This document shows, piece after piece, positions 58,478 through 64,000 of a DNA stretch of 64,000 nucleotides. The number at the start of each line of letters is the position of its first letter. Position 1 is the stretch's first letter. The stretch is taken from assembly GCA_963767925.1 (NCBI GenBank), contig CAVYGB010000010.1, positions 1,088,001-1,152,000 on the forward strand, written 5' to 3'. The DNA is from an uncultured delta proteobacterium (GTDB taxonomy: Bacteria; Myxococcota_A; Polyangia; Fen-1088). The notes beneath the pieces were generated by a model. It saw only the letters and a list, made by a program, of their open reading frames with translations. It searched no databases and was not told the DNA's origin. The position numbers and the translations under genes were made by a program.

Positions 58478-61344
58478 CCCCCGCCCGGATCGAACGGCGC
58501 CGCCGGCTGCTGCGCCGCCACCCCCTGGCTCGAGAGGATCTCCAGCGTGCGCCGGTCCGCCCGCAGGGCCTGGCCGGTCGAGCTGTCGAGCCGGGCGATG
58601 GCTTCGGGCGTCCCCTCGCCCACCACCTCGCCGCCCTCGTCCCCGCCCTCCGGCCCGAGGTCGATGATCCAGTCGGCCGCCCGGGCCACCTCGAGGTTGT
58701 GCTCGACGACCACCACCGAGTTGCCGGCGTCGACCAGCCGGTGCAGGGCCGCCAGCAACACCGCCACGTCGGCGGGGTGCAGGCCGGTTGTCGGCTCGTC
58801 GAGGATGTAGAGGACGCCCTGGCTGCTGGCCGCCTCCGCCAGGTGGCCGGCCAGCTTCAGCCGCTGCGCCTCGCCCCCCGAGAGGGTGGGGGCCGGCTGC
58901 GACAGGGCCAGGTAGCCGAGCCCGATCTCGAGCAGCGGCTGCAGGGCCCGCACCACCCGCCGGTTGTCGGCGAACAGGCGCGCCACCTCGACCGCCGGCA
59001 GGTCGAGCAGGCCGGCGATGTCGTAGCCCCGGCAGCGCACCTCCAGCACCTCGGGCCGGAAGCGGCGCCCGTCGCAGGCCGGGCAGCGCACGTAGGCGTC
59101 GGGCAGGAACTGCAGCTCGATCTTCTCGTAGCCCGCGCCGTTGCAGGTCGGGCAGGCCCCCGCCGCCGAGTTGAAGGAGAAGGCCGAGGCCGACAGCTCC
59201 GCCTCCTTGGCCCCGGGGGTGGCGGCGAAGGCCGCCCGCAGCGGATCGAGCACCTTCAGGTAGGTGGCGGCGTTCACCCGCGAGCTGGCCCCCAGCGGGC
59301 TCTGATCCACCAGCATGACATCGCGGATCGCCTCGGCGCCCTCCAGCGCCTCGCACTGTCCCGGCTCGGACTCCGCCAGCCCGAGCTGCCGGCGCAGGTT
59401 GCGGTAGAGGATCTGATCGACGAGCGTCGACTTGCCCGAGCCGCTCACCCCGGTCACGCACACCAGCCGCCCGAGCGGCAGGTCGACCGTGACGTCCTTG
59501 AGGTTGTTCTCCCGGGCCCCCCGCACGCGCAGGCGCCCGGCCTGGCCGTCGCCGTCGCCGCCCTCGGGGCGCACCGGCCGCCGCTCGCGGCCCGGGTTGG
59601 TCTGCAGCCGGCCCGCGAGAAAGGCCCCCGTGCGCGAGCGGGGCTCGGCCAGCAGCCCGGCCAGCGGGCCCTGGTACACCAGCTCGCCCCCCTCCCGCCC
59701 CGGCCCCGGGCCCAGGTCGATGACGTGGTCGGCGGCGGCGATCAGCGCCGGGTCGTGCTCCACGACCACCACGGCGTTGCCCGCCTGGGCCAGCTTGCGC
59801 AGCACCCCGCTCAGCTTGCCGGCGTCGCGGGCGTGCAGCCCCACCGAGGGCTCGTCGAGCACGTAGAGCGTGCTGGTCAGCGCGCTGCCGAGCGCGGTGG
59901 CGAGCGACACCCGCTGCGCCTCGCCCCCCGACAGGGTGCGCGACTGGCGGGCCAGCGTGAGGTACCCGAGCCCCACGTCGACCAGGAAACGCAGGCGCCC
60001 GCGCACCTCCCCCAGCAGCAGGTCGGTGGCGGCGTCGCTGGCCCGGGGGGCGAACCGGCGGAAGAAGGCGTCCACCTCGGCGATCGGCAGCGCCTCCAGA
60101 TCGGGCAAGGTGAAGCCACCCACCCGGAACAGCAACGCCTCCGGCTTGAGCCGCGAGCCCCCGCAGGCCGCGCAGGGCAGGTAGCGGCGGTAGCGGGACA
60201 GCAGCACCCGCACGTGCATGCGGTAGGTGCGCCCCTCGAGCCACTCGAAGAAGCCGCGCAGCCCGTACCAGCGCCGCTTCCAGTTCTGGCGGCCGCCCGG
60301 CTCGCCCTCCCAGACCAGGGCCCGCGTCGCCTCGGGCAGCTCCGCCCAGGGCAGGTCGGCGGAGAGCCCCGCCCGCTTGAAGAAGCGCTCGAGGTCGTCC
60401 TGGCACTCCTTGTAGCCCGCGCTCTGGAAGGCCCGGATGCAGCCGCCGGCGACGCTCAGCCGGGGATCGGGGATCACCTGGTCGGGGTCGATGTCCATGG
60501 TCCGGCCGAAGCCCTTGCAGGACACGCAGGCCCCCACCGGGTTGTTGAAGGAGAACACCGCCGGGCTGGGATCGGCGTAGTCGATCCCGCAGGCCGCGCA
60601 GCGCAGCCGCTCGGAGAAGGCCTGCAGCTGCCCCCCGACCTGCACCTGCACGTCGCCCCGCCCCCAGCGCAGCGCCGCCTCGAGCGAGTCGACGACGGTC
60701 TGGCGGCGGTCCCCGCTGAGCGTGACCCGGTCGAGCACCACCGTGACCGAGCCGTCGATCGCCGCGAAGCTCGCGTCCTCCAGGGACACGACCTGCCCGT
60801 CCTCCAGCAGCCGGCGCAGCCCCGCCTGCACGAACAGCTCGCGCAGGGCGGCCGGTTTGGCCTTGCCCACCCGGGTGCGGAAGCAGATCAGCGCCGCCTG
60901 CCCCTCGCCCGCCGCGAGCAGCCGGTCGAACACCGCCCCCGCCGAGGTGCGCTGGGCCACCTCGCCGCAGCCGCGGCAGTGCAGCTCGGCCACCCGCGCG
61001 AAGAGGGCCCGCAGGTAGTCGGCCACCGAGGTCATCGTCCCCACCGTCGAGCGGGAGGTGCGCACCGGCGCCGTCCGATCGATCGCCACCGAGGGCAACA
61101 CCCCCTCGATCCGGTCGGCCTTGGGCCGGTCGAGCCGCTCGAGGAACTGGCGGGCGTAGGGGCTGAAGGTCTCGACGTAGCGCCGGTAGCCCTCGGCGTA
61201 TAGGACATCGAACGCGAGCGAGGACTTGCCCGCGCCCGCCACTCCCGTCACCGCGGTGACCGCGCCGAGCGGCACCCGCACGGTGATGCCCTTGAGGTTG
61301 TTCTGCCGGGCCCCTTCGACCCGGATGGCGCGGAGGTCGTCCAA
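58474..61344 (-). CDS. uvrA: UvrA-like excinuclease ATPase, first unit of a tandem UvrA
   Basis: 'GARQNNLK', 'GVAGAGKS', 'GVSGSGKS', two 'LSGGEAQR', 'LDEPTTGLH'. Confidence 0.88.
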
Positions 61345-61438
61345 GGAAGACCGGGCAGCATGATCGCCCCCCGCCCCCCGCGCAAGGGATTGTGCCGGCG
61401 GCGGACGCGCGCTGCGTTCGGCCCGCCGGTGCGCCGAT

Positions 61439-63097
61439 TCAGCCCAGCCGCTCGACCCCGGGACGACCCGCCTGCAGGGCGAACGACGCTACCGTCACGA
61501 TGGGCGCGCCGGGCCGGCTCACGTAGGGCATCACCCGCACGTCGGTGCGCCAGCTCCGCCGGTCGAGCCGGAAGCGCAGGTAACCGCGAAAGCCGTTGTG
61601 GAACTTGAGGTGCGGGTTGGCCGCCAGGATGGCCTGGGCTCCCGGGCTGACCCCCGCCCCGTCGCCGCTCGAGGACAGGGCGGGCCCCACGAACTCGGTG
61701 GCCACGGTGGCCGAGCGGGGATCGTCGAAGCTCTCCTTCAGCTCGGCCACCCAGGTGCGGTGGTCGTCGCCGGTGAGGACCACCGGGTTGGCCGGCCGAT
61801 GCTCGGCAAAGAAGCGGATCAGGCGCTTGCGCGCGGCCGGGTAGCCGTCCCACTTGTCCTGGTTGCTCAGCACGCCCCGCTCGGGCGCGGGATACAGCCG
61901 CTGGGCCACGAAGATCCCCTGGGCCAGCGCGTTCCAGCGGGCGCGCGAGCCCTCCAGGCCCTCGCGCAGCCAGGCCTCTTGCCGGGCGCCCAGCATGCTG
62001 GCCGACTCCACCTCGGGCGGCTCCAGCCGCGGCCCCCAGCCGATCCGGCCGGGCGGCTGGGTGCGGTACTGGCGGGTGTCGAGCAGGTGCAGATCGAGCA
62101 GGTCGCCGAAGCCGAGGCGCCGGTGGAGCAACATGCTGGGGCCCGCCGGCTGCGCGCTCGCCCGCAGGGGCAGGTGCTCGTAGAAGGCCTGGTAGGCGGC
62201 GGCCCGCCGCAGGGCGAAGCGCTCGGGATCCAGCCCGCCGAGCTGGAAGTCGCCCCCGTAGTTGTCGTCCACCTCGTGGTCGTCCCAGATCACCATCCAG
62301 GGGAAGGCGGCGTGGGCCGCCTGCAGGTTGGGATCGGTCTTGTAGAGCGCGTAGCGGTTCCGGTAGTCCTCGAGGGTCGTCAGCTCGGGGCTGTTGTGGG
62401 GCCGAACCGCCTGCTGGTCGATCCCGCCCTCGTAGATGTAGTCGCCGAGGTGGACGACGAAGTCGAGCTCCTCGGCGCACAGGTGCTGAAAGCCGGTGTA
62501 GAGCCCGGCCTGCCAGTCCAGGCAGGAGGTGGCGGCGAAGGCCAGCCGATCCAGCCGCGCGCCCCCCTCGGGCGCGGTCCGGGTGCGGCCGGTGGGCGAG
62601 GTCTCCCCGCCCGCGAGGAACCGGTAAAAATACCAGCGCCCCGGGGCCAGCCCCCCGACCTCGACGTGGACCGAGTGGGCCAGCCCGGGGGTGGCGGTTG
62701 TCGTCCCCTCGGCCACCATGTTCGTCATCTTCTCGTCGCTGGCCACCTGCCAGCGCACCGGGACCGGCTCGGGCGGCATGCCGCCCCCCTGCAGGGGAAG
62801 AGGCGCCAGGCGGGTCCAGAGCACGAAGCCGTCGGGCGTGGGATCGCCCGAGGCGACCCCCAGGGTGAACAGATTGGCGGGCAGCAGCACGGCCCGCTCG
62901 CGCGCGGGCTCGACCGCCTGCGGCGGGGCAGGGGCCGGCGCCGGCAGCACCGCCGGCGCGGAAGCGGGCAGCGGCGCGGGCGCGACAACCAGCGGCTCAC
63001 GGGGCGGCACCGCCCGGGTCAGCGAGCACCCGGCCCAGGCCGCGGCGCTGGACAGCAGCGCGCGGCGGCTGGGTCGGTGGGGATCCCGTCGGGACAT
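61439..63097 (-). CDS. phoD: Alkaline phosphatase D family protein, Tat-exported
   Basis: 'SRRALL' Tat motif; 'FTLGVASGDP', 'HLGDYIYE', 'WDDHEV', 'DKWDGY', 'LTGDDH'. Confidence 0.93.
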   Translation of the reverse strand: MSRRDPHRPSRRALLSSAAAWAGCSLTRAVPPREPLVVAPAPLPASAPAVLPAPAPAPPQAVEPARERAVLLPANLFTLGVASGDPTPDGFVLWTRLAPLPLQGGGMPPEPVPVRWQVASDEKMTNMVAEGTTTATPGLAHSVHVEVGGLAPGRWYFYRFLAGGETSPTGRTRTAPEGGARLDRLAFAATSCLDWQAGLYTGFQHLCAEELDFVVHLGDYIYEGGIDQQAVRPHNSPELTTLEDYRNRYALYKTDPNLQAAHAAFPWMVIWDDHEVDDNYGGDFQLGGLDPERFALRRAAAYQAFYEHLPLRASAQPAGPSMLLHRRLGFGDLLDLHLLDTRQYRTQPPGRIGWGPRLEPPEVESASMLGARQEAWLREGLEGSRARWNALAQGIFVAQRLYPAPERGVLSNQDKWDGYPAARKRLIRFFAEHRPANPVVLTGDDHRTWVAELKESFDDPRSATVATEFVGPALSSSGDGAGVSPGAQAILAANPHLKFHNGFRGYLRFRLDRRSWRTDVRVMPYVSRPGAPIVTVASFALQAGRPGVERLG

Positions 63098-63280
63098 GCG
63101 GCGCAGTCTACGTCATGAGTTTTCGGGCGGCCTATTACGATTCCGGCCGGCGCGGAACCTGCCGGGGGGGCCCGGGCGGCGGCGGCGATCTGGCCGGCGC
63201 GGGCCCGGGACCACGGAATGAGCAGGAACCGCCAGGGCGCCCCGCCCCGCCCGGCCCGGGCCGGCGCTATAGTGCGCCCC

Positions 63281-64000
63281 ATGAACCGAACGGCAAAGCC
63301 CTCACGACGTGAGATTGGAAAGCTCGCGGCCGGCGCCCTCGCCGCGGTGGCCGCCGCCCGGCTGGCGCGCCCGGCCCAGGCCGCGCCCCGCAAGCCGGCG
63401 CTCAGGAAGACCTCGGGCGTGGTGCTCGGGGTCCAGAGCTACAGCTTCCGCGACCGCCCGCTCGACGAGGCGATCGCCGCGATGTCCTCGATCGGCCTCG
63501 CCACCTGCGAGCTGTGGCAGGGCCACCTCGAGCCGCGCCTCAACAAGCCGGACGCCACCGCCGAAGACCGCAAGGCCCACCGGGAGACCGTACGCAAGTG
63601 GCGCCTCGAGACGCCGCTCGAGCACTTCAAGGAGATCGCCGCCAAGTTCAGCAAGGCCGGCGTCCCCCTGTGCGCCTACAACTACAGCTTCAAGGACGAC
63701 TTCTCCGACGAGGAGATCGATCGCGGGTTCGCCATCGCCAGGGCGATGGGGGTCGACGCCATCACCGCCTCGGCCAACCAGAAGGTCGTCGCCCGGGTGG
63801 CCCCCTTCGCCCGCAAGCACAAGCTCACGGTGGCGATGCACAACCACTCGGAGATCGACCCCAACGAGTTCGCCACCCCCGAAGACTTCGAGAACGCGAT
63901 GAAGGGCCCCGGCCGCGAGCGCATCTCGGTCAACCTCGACATCGGCCACTACACCGCCGCCAACTTCGACGCCGTGGCCTTCTTGCAGAAGCACCACCGG
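63281..64000 (+). CDS. Sugar phosphate isomerase/epimerase (TIM barrel), Tat signal; runs off the window
   Basis: Manual translation: 'SRREIG', 'LGVQSYSFRD', 'VAMHNH', 'VNLDIGHY'. Confidence 0.88.
   Translation, partial: MNRTAKPSRREIGKLAAGALAAVAAARLARPAQAAPRKPALRKTSGVVLGVQSYSFRDRPLDEAIAAMSSIGLATCELWQGHLEPRLNKPDATAEDRKAHRETVRKWRLETPLEHFKEIAAKFSKAGVPLCAYNYSFKDDFSDEEIDRGFAIARAMGVDAITASANQKVVARVAPFARKHKLTVAMHNHSEIDPNEFATPEDFENAMKGPGRERISVNLDIGHYTAANFDAVAFLQKHHR

Overview
Very GC-rich bacterial DNA whose gene content looks myxobacterial (Oar-like TonB-dependent receptor, MYXO-CTERM-like protein, Ser/Thr kinase-AAA-TPR protein, MxcI-like lipoprotein). About 40 genes are supported: a TolC/adaptor/RND pump, a GH95 fucosidase, peroxiredoxin, DszA/DszC-like flavin enzymes, DsbA, a double-length UvrA, PhoD and others. 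A lower-GC accessory block (~26.3-38.3 kb) holds a PD-(D/E)xK nuclease gene hit at its 5' end by an IS21-family element with two passenger genes, a subtilase plus Cys-rich lipoprotein pair, an IS1182-like element and a scrambled FAD-oxidoreductase pseudogene. The most striking items are (1) a 1936-aa kinase-STAND-TPR protein fused in frame to a whole OPT/YSL transporter, flanked by a pentapeptide-repeat lipoprotein and a TonB protein, though the fusion hinges on one homopolymer, and (2) a shared palindrome GGAACAGTGTTCC upstream of both genes flanking a STAND-type regulator. Several single-base frameshifts suggest indel errors in the assembly, so fusions and splits need read-level checks. No rRNA, tRNA or CRISPR array was seen. 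Family assignments come from motif recognition, not database searches.
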